64,000 bases of DNA from a virus, in the IMG/VR virus record IMGVR_UViG_3300032308_002010, positions 1-64,000 of that record; one strand, written 5' to 3'. Each line of letters starts with the position of its first letter. Position 1 is the first letter of the stretch. The notes under the pieces are model-generated. The model was not told where the DNA came from. It did no database searches and worked only from the letters and a program-made list of their open reading frames with translations. Both the position numbers and the translations under genes were made by a program. Of this stretch, positions 15,179-30,527 are shown piece by piece.

Positions 15179-15988
15179 TCACGCTGCGGGCGTAACCGGA
15201 TTAGCGGCTGTGATGTCGGCGCCGATGCCGGCTACGTTTACCGCCGCCACACGGAAGCGATAGGCTGTGCCGTTTGTCAGCCCTGTTACAGTAAATGTTG
15301 TCAGGGTAGAAACAGGCCGCGCGACTGTTGTCCAATTGGGTGCGCCGGCTGCCAGTGTTCTTTGAATTCTGTAGTCTGTAATAACCGCACCGCCGTTATT
15401 TGTTGGCGCTACCCACGTCAGTACAGCGCGCGCGTTGCCACCGGCGACTTGCAGGTTTGTTGGCGCGGCGGGAACAGTCGGTGGCGTTCCAACCCACAGT
15501 TCGCCGGCCGGGAGCAGGGTGTCTGCGATGTCTAGCGTTGTCTTGAGTCGCTGCACGTCGTCAATGACTTCTTCGATAAACGCTTTGACTTCTGCGCGCG
15601 AGCGGAGCAGCACGTCGACATAATTCAACCGAAACCACGCTGGGCGGTAATTTGGAATCGGGTCGTCTTCTGGATACTCTTCTAAGTCTGTGGGAGAGCA
15701 GACGTGATCAAATGCGCCTACCCGTTCGTTTGCGCCGGGTTTAAGCGGCAGCATTTGGTAGGCAAAGATCTTTGTCGGCATCTGTGTCGCGTTACTGGCT
15801 GTAATGCGTACCCGGATACCGTCAGTAGTTTCGTAGTTATATCTGCTGACTTGCCACGTAAGTTTAACGTTCCGCGCGCTTCCGCTTGGGGGCGGCGGGT
15901 CTATATCTGGAATGTAGAAGTTTAATCCAAGCGTGTCAGGCAGCAGAATTGGTTCTTCTTGCGGGCCCTGTGAGCAGCAATCTGTCAT
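15179..15988 (-). CDS. virion protein with C-terminal fibronectin type III domain
   Basis: PAAPTNL....GN..AVLTW.AP...GG..ITDY.I...W......ST.T.FTVTGLTNGT.YRFRV.AVN..G.G is canonical FN3. Confidence 0.85.
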   Translation of the reverse strand: MTDCCSQGPQEEPILLPDTLGLNFYIPDIDPPPPSGSARNVKLTWQVSRYNYETTDGIRVRITASNATQMPTKIFAYQMLPLKPGANERVGAFDHVCSPTDLEEYPEDDPIPNYRPAWFRLNYVDVLLRSRAEVKAFIEEVIDDVQRLKTTLDIADTLLPAGELWVGTPPTVPAAPTNLQVAGGNARAVLTWVAPTNNGGAVITDYRIQRTLAAGAPNWTTVARPVSTLTTFTVTGLTNGTAYRFRVAAVNVAGIGADITAANPVTPAA

Positions 15989-15989
15989 G

Positions 15990-16268
15990 TTATCCTTGCT
16001 CCGGTAATACGCTGGCTGTGATGTTTACTGGTCCCGGTGTTGTCGAGCGCACATAAGCGAGCGCTAAACCCTCGTTGTCGGTCGGGCCGGGCTGCGTGAT
16101 CTGCGCTGTTGCAACATCAGCAGAAATTTCAACCTGCCGTCCGGGTACTGGTCGGTCGCAGTCGTCGCGTAAACGAATTTTGACGACGGCCGCTTTTGTG
16201 CCGTCTGCTAGTACTTGCGGTTTTGACCCGTACAAGATTTTAGAGTTTTGCGGGCTAACGTAGCTCAT
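15990..16268 (-). CDS. stand-alone Ig-like (Big_1/invasin-type) domain protein
   Basis: ATG 16268 coupled by ATGA; ADG..A.V.I.L.D...PV.G..V......TD..G.A......PG...ITA pattern. Confidence 0.7.
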   Translation of the reverse strand: MSYVSPQNSKILYGSKPQVLADGTKAAVVKIRLRDDCDRPVPGRQVEISADVATAQITQPGPTDNEGLALAYVRSTTPGPVNITASVLPEQG

Positions 16269-16621
16269 GGAAACACATACCGGGCGGGCGTCGACGAATT
16301 TGGCGGTACGTAATAGATTGTAACCTTTGTGTTTGCGATATCGTCTGCTTTTGCGACATACCGCACAAATTGCTGCACGATTTCTGGGTTTGTTGTTTTG
16401 GCTTCTTCTAGCGTGTTGATAAACGTCGATACACATTCAAACAACAGGTTTGTATCGGCGCGGCATCGGCAACCTTGTTTTCTTGCCGATTCTTCAAACG
16501 CCATGCGGCACGCATCCATTGATTCTTTTACTGATGTCAGCTGCGGATTTTTTTCAAAAAAGTCTGGCTGCGCCGCCATGTGCATGATATTGTCGCGCGA
16601 AATAGAAACCATGCGTGTCAT
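16265..16621 (-). CDS. small Cys-containing protein (GCRC), likely paralog of 14866..15171
   Basis: See the paralog features of 14866..15171. Confidence 0.6.
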   Translation of the reverse strand: MTRMVSISRDNIMHMAAQPDFFEKNPQLTSVKESMDACRMAFEESARKQGCRCRADTNLLFECVSTFINTLEEAKTTNPEIVQQFVRYVAKADDIANTKVTIYYVPPNSSTPARYVFP

Positions 16622-16673
16622 TTTTTTCTTCCGTTGCCGTTTGGTCGTATTCTAATGGGTCTGAAAAAAAATG

Positions 16674-17711
16674 CTACGACACTGATGTAGCTGCGTTTTT
16701 AATTGCCGCGCGAAGTTGTGTGTTTGTTGCAATTTCAATTAGTAACTGCGCGAGCGTTAATTCACCAGACGGACCAATCGGACCGGTCGGGCCCATGTTT
16801 CCGCACGGACCGGTCGCACCAGCCGGACCTGTTGCGCCGGTCGCACCAGCCGGACCTGTCGGGCCTGTGGCGCCGGTGGGGCCCGTTACGCCAGTTTGAC
16901 CTTTCGGTCCGGTAGATCCGGTGTCGCCTTTTAAACCTCTATTACCTTGCGGCCCCGTAGCCCCTTGCGCGCCTTGCGATCCTTGTGTGCCTTGCGGTCC
17001 TTGCGGGCCCATTAAACCCTGCGGGCCAATCAAACCCTGTAAACCCCGCAGACCTTGTAAACCCTGATCACCTTTCGGGCCTGTGGGTCCGCGCGCGCCA
17101 GACGGACCTGTTGCGCCCGTAGGCCCGGATACGCCGGTTGGACCTGTTTGACCTTTGACGCCTGTAGGGCCTGTGACACCGGTTTGGCCTGTCACGCCTG
17201 TAGCGCCGGTCTGTCCTTTAATGCCTGTTGGCCCAGAAGGACCCGTAAGACCTGTAGCACCCGTCGGGCCGGACGGGCCTGTCGGGCCGGTCTGTCCTTT
17301 AATACCTGTTGGCCCAGAAGGCCCTGTGGGGCCTGTGGAGCCTGCTGGGCCTGTTTGGCCGCTGGGACCCGTTACACCAGTTGCACCGGTCTGTCCGATG
17401 GGCCCAGAAGGCCCTGTGGGGCCTGTAAGCCCGGTTTGACCTCTAAGCCCGGTCTGCCCTGTCGCGCCTACCGGGCCAACCGGGCCAGTAAAACCTCTGT
17501 CGCCTTTTTCGCCTTTGTCTCCCTTCAGTCCCTGCGGACCGACGGGACCTCTTGGGCCTTGAGGGCCGACAGGACCTGCGGGACCCGCGGGACCCTCCGG
17601 GCCGGCGGGGCCGGGCGGGCAGACGCCACAATCACCGGCGCCCACGGCTAATACTGGGCCGGCGTACGGCTCCATTTGAATTTCGTCGTTATTTTTTTGT
17701 TCGTCGGCCAT
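16674..17711 (-). CDS. collagen-like fibre protein
   Basis: About 95 uninterrupted G-X-Y triplets rich in GPT/GAT/GQT; CGVC just before the helix; short C-terminal helix. Confidence 0.9.
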   Translation of the reverse strand: MADEQKNNDEIQMEPYAGPVLAVGAGDCGVCPPGPAGPEGPAGPAGPVGPQGPRGPVGPQGLKGDKGEKGDRGFTGPVGPVGATGQTGLRGQTGLTGPTGPSGPIGQTGATGVTGPSGQTGPAGSTGPTGPSGPTGIKGQTGPTGPSGPTGATGLTGPSGPTGIKGQTGATGVTGQTGVTGPTGVKGQTGPTGVSGPTGATGPSGARGPTGPKGDQGLQGLRGLQGLIGPQGLMGPQGPQGTQGSQGAQGATGPQGNRGLKGDTGSTGPKGQTGVTGPTGATGPTGPAGATGATGPAGATGPCGNMGPTGPIGPSGELTLAQLLIEIATNTQLRAAIKNAATSVS

Positions 17712-17714
17712 GGT

Positions 17715-22511
<4,797 letters not shown>

Positions 22512-22512
22512 G

Positions 22513-23526
22513 TTATGTGCAGGTGTTTTGTGCGTTTGGTTTTTTCTGCACGACGAGCGCGCCGTCGTCGTTTATTAAAATGTTTACCCCGGGCCCGCCG
22601 ATAATGTTCACATTTGGCCCGCCTAAACCATTGATTGTTGAAACCAGTTGATTGCACGCGGGGCCGCCGCTGAAAAAACCGGTTACTTCATCAGACGGCT
22701 CATCTGGATATAACGGCACTTCGCCGCCGTGCTGGCACAGTTCGTCGGTGTCGGTGGCCACGCCTGAACCGACAGCGGCAGTAATTAAAAGCTCTTTAGA
22801 CCTATCAGTTTGTGTGATTAAGCAGTTATAGCCCTCCTTCAAACGAATGTCGCCCTTTAAACATCGCGCGTTTAAAACAATTGGGCGGTTGTTGTTGGCG
22901 TTGGTGACGTCGCACGGAGGAACTTTTACGCGCTGATAGTTTCCAAGGCTTATGGAGCGTAAATAACCTTTGTCTAAGTTTTGAATCAGTGCTGGTTCAA
23001 TTTGATACGCGTTTTGAATAAATTGCGTGTTTGCCGCGGCTGGCATGGCCGACAAATTACTTGTAGCCAAAAACCCCGACCAGACAGGTTCAGTGGCGCA
23101 TGGATTATCGGGTTCTGGCGCAGACTCAGCGTATTCGTTTATCCACTCGGCTGTCGCAGCGTCGCGGAAAAAAGAAAGTGTGATGGGTGTGGCGTTTGTC
23201 CTGAATACAAACTCAAACGTGGAACCTGTTTTATTGATTGCCGATAACCAAATAGAATGCTGATTAGGATTAAAGCGCGCGTCTAGGCCCATAATGAAAC
23301 CAGCGTCAACGACTACGCTGTTTTGAATAGTCGCTGTTGTGTTTGTTATTTCAACGTATGCTTGCCCGGTCCAGTAGTATTTTTTATCTGTGTCGCGGGT
23401 TATGTAAACAGCGTCTTTAACGCCGGCAACAGGTAACTCGCCATACGCAGACACGATCACAGTGTCTTTGTGCACGAACGGGTACGCGCGGTACTCGTTG
23501 TCGTTATAAAAACCCGGACGCGGCAT
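22513..23526 (-). CDS. tail-associated paralog 5 (R.YP / ING motif family)
   Basis: N-terminal [12 protein letters not shown]; C-terminal [18 protein letters not shown]. Confidence 0.7.
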   Translation of the reverse strand: MPRPGFYNDNEYRAYPFVHKDTVIVSAYGELPVAGVKDAVYITRDTDKKYYWTGQAYVEITNTTATIQNSVVVDAGFIMGLDARFNPNQHSIWLSAINKTGSTFEFVFRTNATPITLSFFRDAATAEWINEYAESAPEPDNPCATEPVWSGFLATSNLSAMPAAANTQFIQNAYQIEPALIQNLDKGYLRSISLGNYQRVKVPPCDVTNANNNRPIVLNARCLKGDIRLKEGYNCLITQTDRSKELLITAAVGSGVATDTDELCQHGGEVPLYPDEPSDEVTGFFSGGPACNQLVSTINGLGGPNVNIIGGPGVNILINDDGALVVQKKPNAQNTCT

Positions 23527-24302
23527 TACAAAATACTCCGACCAGCAGTATCGATCACGAGCGCACCGTTGTCGACATATACGCGTAACACAGAGTCCGG
23601 CGCAAACCTGTTTGACGCTGTTATTGTGAAGTTTCCAAAATTATCTGCTGTACAACCGTTGATTGTTTTCAAAAAACGCTTTGTAGGAAAATCCACGCTT
23701 TTTGGTTCACAGATCGCGCGTTCAAATAACGGCACGCCAACGATATCAAATCGCACGATGTTTGCGCCGTCGAGCCTTACCACCACGCCCTGATCGCCAA
23801 TTAACCAGACATCGCTTGTCATCAGTTGTTTTGTTTCTGGCTGTAACGCTCTAACGCCCGGTTCGTTCGCTGGTATGCTTACGCTAGCGACAAACTCAGT
23901 CTGCGCGCGTGTAAACTCATACGTGCCAATTTCCCAAGAAGAAAAAAGCGCAAGCGCTGCTGGTGTAGATAGCAACATACCGCCCGGCCGCTCATAGACG
24001 TCGACAAAATTTAACACGCCGTCTTCTGGCGGCTGTAGCGGGTTATACGTTGCCGACAACCGACTAGTTAAATCATCGTCTCCGATAACGATGGTGATTG
24101 TCTGCGTTGCAATATCGATTGAGGATATAAACGTTCGTGCGCCGCTGCCGATAGCAAAAAAACTAGCGTCCAAAAACGTGTCTGTAGAGATTTGAATTGT
24201 CGCGTTTGTGCTGCTTTGCAGTGTTGCGGTGTCGGCAAACGGATACCGTGACGCGCGCTGTTCGTCGCGAAATTCAGGAAATAGAATGCGCGCGCTGCTC
24301 AT
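23526..24302 (-). CDS. tail-associated paralog 4
   Basis: FRDEQRASRYPF; LKTINGCTADNFGNFTI; TGATG coupling. Confidence 0.7.
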   Translation of the reverse strand: MSSARILFPEFRDEQRASRYPFADTATLQSSTNATIQISTDTFLDASFFAIGSGARTFISSIDIATQTITIVIGDDDLTSRLSATYNPLQPPEDGVLNFVDVYERPGGMLLSTPAALALFSSWEIGTYEFTRAQTEFVASVSIPANEPGVRALQPETKQLMTSDVWLIGDQGVVVRLDGANIVRFDIVGVPLFERAICEPKSVDFPTKRFLKTINGCTADNFGNFTITASNRFAPDSVLRVYVDNGALVIDTAGRSIL

Positions 24303-26035
24303 CACTGCACCACAAATTTGTTGAAGAACGTTGACGACTGGTTCGCAAACAATCCAGCAGAACCAGTTGCGGGGCCGGGATTAATGATATCTGTAAAACC
24401 ACTTATGGGTTGTGTGCCGTCTAATTGTGCCGCGGAAAAATGCACAGATAAATTACTGCCGTTTGTGTTTAAGTTGGCGTACAACCGATACCATTTGTCG
24501 ATTTTAACGTTGTAGTTTACTTCAAACTCTGGGGTAAAAATACCGTCGGTATACCGTAGGATGCGCGCTTTTGCTTTTGTAGCGTCAAGTACAACGGCAA
24601 TAAACGTAGTGATAACACGGCCGGTGTCTAGAGTTTCAAGGTAATTCAAAACAACGCCGCCGTTTCTGGCTACGCCGTCGACGCCGATTTTGAATTCGAT
24701 CATAATCGTTTTGCTCAGCGCCCAGTCTGTTGCGCAATTTTTTAGTAGCGCAATGTTTCGGCCGCCGATGCCGGCTGCAACGTATGTGTTGTGCTCTGTT
24801 AACTCTGCGCCCAAGTTTGGTTCAAATTCATTTATTGAGCAGTTACCGCACACTGGTGGCGCTAACGTTTGTCGGGCGTTAAAAATGCCAACTTTCGTTA
24901 CAAAATATTCGCTCGGCTGACATGAATCGAAATCAAGGCAGAGCGGCGCATTTAGGCACGGATAATTTCTGGGGTCTAGCGTCTCGTTATCGATGATGTC
25001 GATTGCTGTGGTTGGATCTGGCCAGCAGTATTCATCAATAACGATATCTGTTTCCTCGTAATCTGCGCCGTTCCACCTGTATACCTTGTTTGAGTCAAAT
25101 GCTAAGTAAAGCTGATCTAACTCACCAGCCAGCGGGAAAGCCGCGCGGTCAGCAAACTTAAAGATATTTTTACCGTCAAACGAGCAGCATTCGTCTTGGA
25201 ATTCTTGTGGTTTTTTTGGTTTGTTCGCGTCGCACGTAGCGCTCAAACTGATATCTGTCGTGACGTCGAGTCCGCCGCAGTTTTCAAACATCGCTGACGT
25301 AAATCCGTCAAATACAATGTCAATATTTCCGTCACAGTCTGGGGCAACGCCATTTATTGTTTCAATAGGTTGTTTTGGGCACGTACCGCTTTCTGGTCGC
25401 TGGCCGCACGAACCTAAAAACTGTTTTAACGCGTTGTAGTCTGTCGTAACTAAATCTTCATCTAAACGAAACACGATAGCTGGATATTCTTGACTGTCGT
25501 ATGTGATCGTTTTGTATTCAGCTTTTATGGGCGACGAGCCGACTACGCTTACGACATCTTGAAGCGCGGTACCGACGTTTAATTTTCCGATAGTTGGAAT
25601 CGGAAGCGGCTCGTACGGGCGTGCGTTGCGCGGCTGAATGATTGTTTGCCGTGCCGCCGTATATCGACCCGAAAAGGCGGTGTCTATTCCCGGGCCAAAA
25701 ACAACCCAGCCGGAAACACCCGCAATAAGCGGCGTCACGCTATAGTGCACGTACGCCGCGGCTGGTTGAATAACACTGACCGCACAAACTGTGTTGCCGG
25801 CTACGGCATTAATATCATTGACAGCGCCAAAGACTACCGTAACTATTCCGGGTGAAACAGTCAGGCCCTGCACGTATAAATACTTACCGGCAGTGTTTGG
25901 AAACCGGATGTGGCAATCAACAACAATGTCGTCGCGAATAAACTCGCCGCCGTCGTCTAATCCGGTAGACAGATCGTCTAACGGATAACGACGCGTTGAT
26001 TGCAGGTTGTACCAGTTTTGGTTACGTATAGCCAT
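24302..26035 (-). CDS. tail-associated paralog 3 with C-terminal ConA/LamG-like beta-sandwich, candidate receptor-binding protein
   Basis: WYNLQSTRRYPL; IETINGVAPDCDGNIDI; C-terminal GGVV..Y...KWY.L...G..GLF pattern. Confidence 0.65.
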   Translation of the reverse strand: MAIRNQNWYNLQSTRRYPLDDLSTGLDDGGEFIRDDIVVDCHIRFPNTAGKYLYVQGLTVSPGIVTVVFGAVNDINAVAGNTVCAVSVIQPAAAYVHYSVTPLIAGVSGWVVFGPGIDTAFSGRYTAARQTIIQPRNARPYEPLPIPTIGKLNVGTALQDVVSVVGSSPIKAEYKTITYDSQEYPAIVFRLDEDLVTTDYNALKQFLGSCGQRPESGTCPKQPIETINGVAPDCDGNIDIVFDGFTSAMFENCGGLDVTTDISLSATCDANKPKKPQEFQDECCSFDGKNIFKFADRAAFPLAGELDQLYLAFDSNKVYRWNGADYEETDIVIDEYCWPDPTTAIDIIDNETLDPRNYPCLNAPLCLDFDSCQPSEYFVTKVGIFNARQTLAPPVCGNCSINEFEPNLGAELTEHNTYVAAGIGGRNIALLKNCATDWALSKTIMIEFKIGVDGVARNGGVVLNYLETLDTGRVITTFIAVVLDATKAKARILRYTDGIFTPEFEVNYNVKIDKWYRLYANLNTNGSNLSVHFSAAQLDGTQPISGFTDIINPGPATGSAGLFANQSSTFFNKFVVQ

Positions 26036-26038
26036 AAT

Positions 26039-27643
26039 TTAACACGGCGCTTCTGTTTTACCGTCTGCGTTGCAATACAACGTTTGTGTTGTTTCAGCAA
26101 TTGCTGGCGGCGGCTCGGTTTGATCGTCGAGCGGATCTCCACAATTAATCAACAGGGGAGAATTGTCGCTCAAATACACGCCGGTTAGTACGCCATTAAT
26201 GACATACGGTCCGCGCGGTTTAACAACTGAAGTTTCCGCGGCTGTTAAATCTATTTGGTCAAACCGCAAACGAAATTGTGCGTAAGCCGATTCTCCGGGT
26301 TTTATTGTCGGAAACGCTGCCGAATACTGCAGGCCGTTCGGCGACACGGTTATTCCGACGCCGGCGCCGCGTACACCCGGGGCGCGCATAAATGTGTATC
26401 CGCACTCTAACGCCGGTCGCACTGAAAGTGTTGCCGGGTTTTGACCGGGCGCCGGCACAAAATCGCCGGCTACGTCAACAGTGAGTGTTAACCTCGTGGG
26501 TGCAACGCATATCTGACACGGATTGCAAAGCATCATAACAATGTCAACGTACGCACAGCGTTGCGGAACCATAAACAGGCGTAGCGGGCGCTGTACGCTA
26601 CAGGCGCGCTGGTCTAGCCACCGCGCGATATTGTTTTCGTGCTCTGTTCGCACTTTCTCTGCACGTTGTCCGATTAGTTTGTACCGGTAGCTAGTGTCGT
26701 TCATGTATTTTGCGGTGTCTGAGTAGTCAGAACACGCGCAGCATGGGTCGCAATTGGCGCCGATTTGTTGATGCGACGTCAACGACGGATTTGTAATGTG
26801 CGGCTCGTTTATGCTTACTGTGACGGCGCGACGAATAAACAAGCAGTCTTTTGCCGACAAATTAAAATCACCGTTTACGCCAGTTACGCCATTTATTTTT
26901 GAAATTGGCACTGCCGGCGTTTCTGGGCAGTTGCCGTAACGGCCCAGTCCGGTGCCGGCAACCGCGCTGAATTCAATCCCGGTATCTATCCGAAAGTTTT
27001 TTACTTCTGCTTGCGCGGCTGCTATTTCAGTGTTGTAGCCGTTGACAAAATTAATTGCGCCAACGTATCGGTTGCTTATTGTTTGCCCGGTCTGTACTCG
27101 CAGCGTAAGTAGCCGTTTGGGCATTTTGTAAACAGCGCGTGTGTCTAACTGCGCGTTTACTGGCGTTAAATACTTATTGTAATTTCGTGGCGCGTCGTCG
27201 TCGCCTTGATCGGCAATTGGCCATGTCCTGTGCGCCACGAGTCGGCAGACGCTGTTTGCGGTTTTCCACGTATAAATTTTGTAGTCTTGGCTCCAATCCG
27301 CCTGATCAAACGTTGTTAGCTGCGTTGTAGTGTCTAAAACAACACGATTAAGCGCGTCCACTAAAACAATATCTGCGGCATGAGCTGGCGTAGGAAAATT
27401 TGCGGCTGGCGTATTTTCAACACAACCGACGCCGTACAAGTGGCGAATTGAGAGCGGGTTTTTAACCGGCGCAACGGTATTGTTGTATTCGCCAACGTCG
27501 TCGTATTCGAAATGGAAATCGGCGACAAGATATTCGATATCGGCCGTTGGATTAACGAACGGGTAGTTCAATCCACTTTGCGGTTGAACAACGCCCAGCC
27601 CTTGGCGGCCGGTTTTCGATAGTTGAAAATCGGGGCACGGCAT
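26039..27643 (-). CDS. tail-associated paralog 2
   Basis: QSGLNYPF; ISKINGVTGVNGDFNL; CDPCCAC followed by a coiled coil. Confidence 0.7.
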   Translation of the reverse strand: MPCPDFQLSKTGRQGLGVVQPQSGLNYPFVNPTADIEYLVADFHFEYDDVGEYNNTVAPVKNPLSIRHLYGVGCVENTPAANFPTPAHAADIVLVDALNRVVLDTTTQLTTFDQADWSQDYKIYTWKTANSVCRLVAHRTWPIADQGDDDAPRNYNKYLTPVNAQLDTRAVYKMPKRLLTLRVQTGQTISNRYVGAINFVNGYNTEIAAAQAEVKNFRIDTGIEFSAVAGTGLGRYGNCPETPAVPISKINGVTGVNGDFNLSAKDCLFIRRAVTVSINEPHITNPSLTSHQQIGANCDPCCACSDYSDTAKYMNDTSYRYKLIGQRAEKVRTEHENNIARWLDQRACSVQRPLRLFMVPQRCAYVDIVMMLCNPCQICVAPTRLTLTVDVAGDFVPAPGQNPATLSVRPALECGYTFMRAPGVRGAGVGITVSPNGLQYSAAFPTIKPGESAYAQFRLRFDQIDLTAAETSVVKPRGPYVINGVLTGVYLSDNSPLLINCGDPLDDQTEPPPAIAETTQTLYCNADGKTEAPC

Positions 27644-27646
27644 AGC

Positions 27647-28588
27647 TCACCCCGCGTTACAGCCAGAGTCGCCGAGCTGGCTTCCCAACACGACGAGGCT
27701 CATTTGCGTTACTTCAGAGCCGAGTCGTGTGACAAAGTTTTGTAGCGTTGTTACACCGTCGCCGAATCGATTGATTTGATCGACGATTGCGTCGAGTTCT
27801 GTACACCCGCAACAAGGTTGCGCACATGTGTCGGCAAACTTTAAACCATTGCTCATCGGCGTAATTTGAATACAGTCATCGGGCGCAATAATAAAGTTTC
27901 CGTCGCTGCTGCATACGCCATTGATACAACGAATGCAATCGCCACTATCGGGAACGGCGCAATAGCACTCTTCGTTTAGATTGGCATTTGCGATAGCGTC
28001 AAATAAAATTTGCGTTTCATCGCCGACTGTTGCTGCCGTGATCCGCATATTGGCGCCGGCAACAAGCGTAACGTCGCCATAGATTGGTTCGCTCAGTTCA
28101 CCGTTATTGCGCACACGCAAACGAGTAACGGCGCGCAACATCGGCCGAATCGCGTCTGTTTCGAGTTCGCCCCCTGCCTGATCAAACTCGTATAGTCCGG
28201 GTGGTAGTTTATCCACCTCGTCTAGTCGACCAAGAACTATTTGGCCGACGCAGTCGGCATACTCCCCGATACCGCCGAGCGCGTATGACCGATTTTCTTG
28301 ATAGTTGCTGCGAATAATGTTAGCGGCGGCTACATCTACGGTTTGCCCGTCGGCGGTGTAGCCGACTGTGACATTAAAACCAGTTGGGGCGATCAGTACG
28401 CTTTTGATATGAAAATTGCTGGGCGCAAAATCGAGCCCTGAATGAATGGGCAGATACAGCGCAACAATAAAACTGTCAGGTAATCTTATTGTGCCGTCTA
28501 ACGATAATTTTGTGGCGCGCTCTGTGAGCGGGTACGACCGCTGTGAATTGTGGTTGAGCCACTGTAGATTCCAATTTCCGATTGGCAT
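27647..28588 (-). CDS. tail-associated paralog 1
   Basis: WLNHNSQRSYPL; IRCINGVCSSDGNFII; CAQPCCGC followed by a coiled coil. Confidence 0.7.
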   Translation of the reverse strand: MPIGNWNLQWLNHNSQRSYPLTERATKLSLDGTIRLPDSFIVALYLPIHSGLDFAPSNFHIKSVLIAPTGFNVTVGYTADGQTVDVAAANIIRSNYQENRSYALGGIGEYADCVGQIVLGRLDEVDKLPPGLYEFDQAGGELETDAIRPMLRAVTRLRVRNNGELSEPIYGDVTLVAGANMRITAATVGDETQILFDAIANANLNEECYCAVPDSGDCIRCINGVCSSDGNFIIAPDDCIQITPMSNGLKFADTCAQPCCGCTELDAIVDQINRFGDGVTTLQNFVTRLGSEVTQMSLVVLGSQLGDSGCNAG

Positions 28589-28601
28589 GGCAGCTCACCT
28601 A

Positions 28602-30527
28602 TCATGTTGCGCTGTAAATAATTCCGGTGACGCGCAATACGCCAATCTCTCCGTAAACGCTGTCCTCAACGCGCCCGATTGTTACTAATACGGTGTCGCC
28701 CTCTTCTATACGATCGTTTTCATTACCACCAAACGGATCGCTGTCTCTCGTAATGGCGTGATCAATAAACAAATTTGCGCTAGAGTTAAAATTTAACAGC
28801 GCGTCTGTAGTCGGTAAATTTATGCCGTCAGCGGATGTCAATGCCGGCGATTTCAGGGTTCTTCGTGTCATGTACAGCGACGGCATAACTTTGCGCTGCT
28901 GTTGCGTGCCGTCACGCCCGAACAACTGCACACGAATTTTCATACGCAAATTGTCGCCAATATTACTTCCGGGCACATTAAACCGCAGACGAAGCAAAGA
29001 AGCTTGCCCGCCCGGAAAACCGAGATACGGAATGTCCATATACAAGCGCTCGACGGTGTCGCTCAATCTGATGATCTGTGGCGAAAGCTCGCGCTCAACA
29101 AGTTGATCGGTGTAGTCGATTTTTAAAACGCCTTGATGCAGCGTAATTGGCGCTGTTGTTTGAATATCAAAAGCGTCTTTTTCTGCTTGCGTTAGCGTTC
29201 GCGGCGTTTCCCGCGAACCCGTTATCGAAATTTGATTTGATAGCGTGAAGGCACCTTCGGTAATCCAGCCGCGCGTAAGTTGGTGTCGGTTAATCACGCC
29301 TTTTAACGCGCGGCCTCCGATTGCCTCCGCAGCTGCGATTTGTAAGTCGAGATTTAGCTGCAGATCGCCAGTCGACGCAGGATCGTCCGCGCAGTTTGTA
29401 ACTGCGATCGGGCTGGTGACTGTTGTCGCAACCGGTGTTGCTGCGGTTTCTGTCGCGTCTGCGTCGTCGACATCTTTTACGAGGCTCGTGACTACGTTTC
29501 TGTCGTTGCCAGCTAGCATGCGCAAATAAACAACAGACACGCGCATTTTTTCGTAGCGCGGACATTCTGTGCCGACTGGTGGTGTCGTTGGCGCTGTAAA
29601 AGGAACGTCGCCCGCGCAGTTGCTCATCCACCAAATACCGTTTGTGTCGCAAATCGCCAGCCCGTTTTGCCCAAGCGGAATTTCTGTAGCGCCGACAAGT
29701 CCATTTCCTTTATCCCACAGCATGGCAACAGATTGAATCGGCAGCGGCGGCCACACGTTAGACAGCGCCGAATGCTGCGAAAGGTTGTAACCAAACACGG
29801 CGCCACTAGGAGCTTTGCCGTTAAAAATAGCATTGTTCGCCGGCAGCCACCCGGGCAACGACGTGTTTGGGTTTGTAATAGTTACGCGCTGCAAACCGTC
29901 TAACGTAAATGTTGTTTGAGTGCCGGCAGCTGTTGTTGTAAGGTCAAAGCGATAGTGGGTGTGCTCGTCGATGAAGTCGCGGATGTGCGGCATTACGACA
30001 ACGCGAGGAACTGTTGTGCAGCTGTCTTTGGGACCTTGCACATGACATACAGTTACAGTTACTGGCGGTTTCTGTTTTACAAGTTTGCCCGCGTCGGTTG
30101 CTGACAGGTAGTAGCGGCCCGGTGTAATTGGACCGTCAATCGCGTTAGCCAGATCGGGGATTTCGATAATCCCGCGCAACACGATGTCACCCAGCGTAGC
30201 GGAACGTTTTCTTAAGCAGATGCCGACACAATCTGACGACGGCTGAACGAGTAAAACTTGCGTTTCGGGATCAGATGCAACGGCTGCCAGCGCCGGCTCA
30301 TACCGTTTTTCAACCCAGTTCCAATAAACCGGTTGCCCGGGTTGCACGGAACTGCAAATCGTAGCGTCACTATCGACAAGCACGCGCCCGAGCGCCGCGG
30401 CATCTAGTCGATCTTTAAGATAGTCTGTCCGGTCTTCGAGCGTACGGTCGGGGCGTGAAACCACACCGGCCTGTACAGGCTCACCCGGATTGACGTGTTT
30501 AATGTTGTGCAGCCAGTTACCGGACAT
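28602..30527 (-). CDS. putative tail/baseplate structural protein
   Basis: N-terminal DRTLEDRTDYLK resembles a fibre-base segment; G....PG..YYLS....GKL motif typical of phage tail/decoration beta folds. Confidence 0.55.
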   Translation of the reverse strand: MSGNWLHNIKHVNPGEPVQAGVVSRPDRTLEDRTDYLKDRLDAAALGRVLVDSDATICSSVQPGQPVYWNWVEKRYEPALAAVASDPETQVLLVQPSSDCVGICLRKRSATLGDIVLRGIIEIPDLANAIDGPITPGRYYLSATDAGKLVKQKPPVTVTVCHVQGPKDSCTTVPRVVVMPHIRDFIDEHTHYRFDLTTTAAGTQTTFTLDGLQRVTITNPNTSLPGWLPANNAIFNGKAPSGAVFGYNLSQHSALSNVWPPLPIQSVAMLWDKGNGLVGATEIPLGQNGLAICDTNGIWWMSNCAGDVPFTAPTTPPVGTECPRYEKMRVSVVYLRMLAGNDRNVVTSLVKDVDDADATETAATPVATTVTSPIAVTNCADDPASTGDLQLNLDLQIAAAEAIGGRALKGVINRHQLTRGWITEGAFTLSNQISITGSRETPRTLTQAEKDAFDIQTTAPITLHQGVLKIDYTDQLVERELSPQIIRLSDTVERLYMDIPYLGFPGGQASLLRLRFNVPGSNIGDNLRMKIRVQLFGRDGTQQQRKVMPSLYMTRRTLKSPALTSADGINLPTTDALLNFNSSANLFIDHAITRDSDPFGGNENDRIEEGDTVLVTIGRVEDSVYGEIGVLRVTGIIYSAT

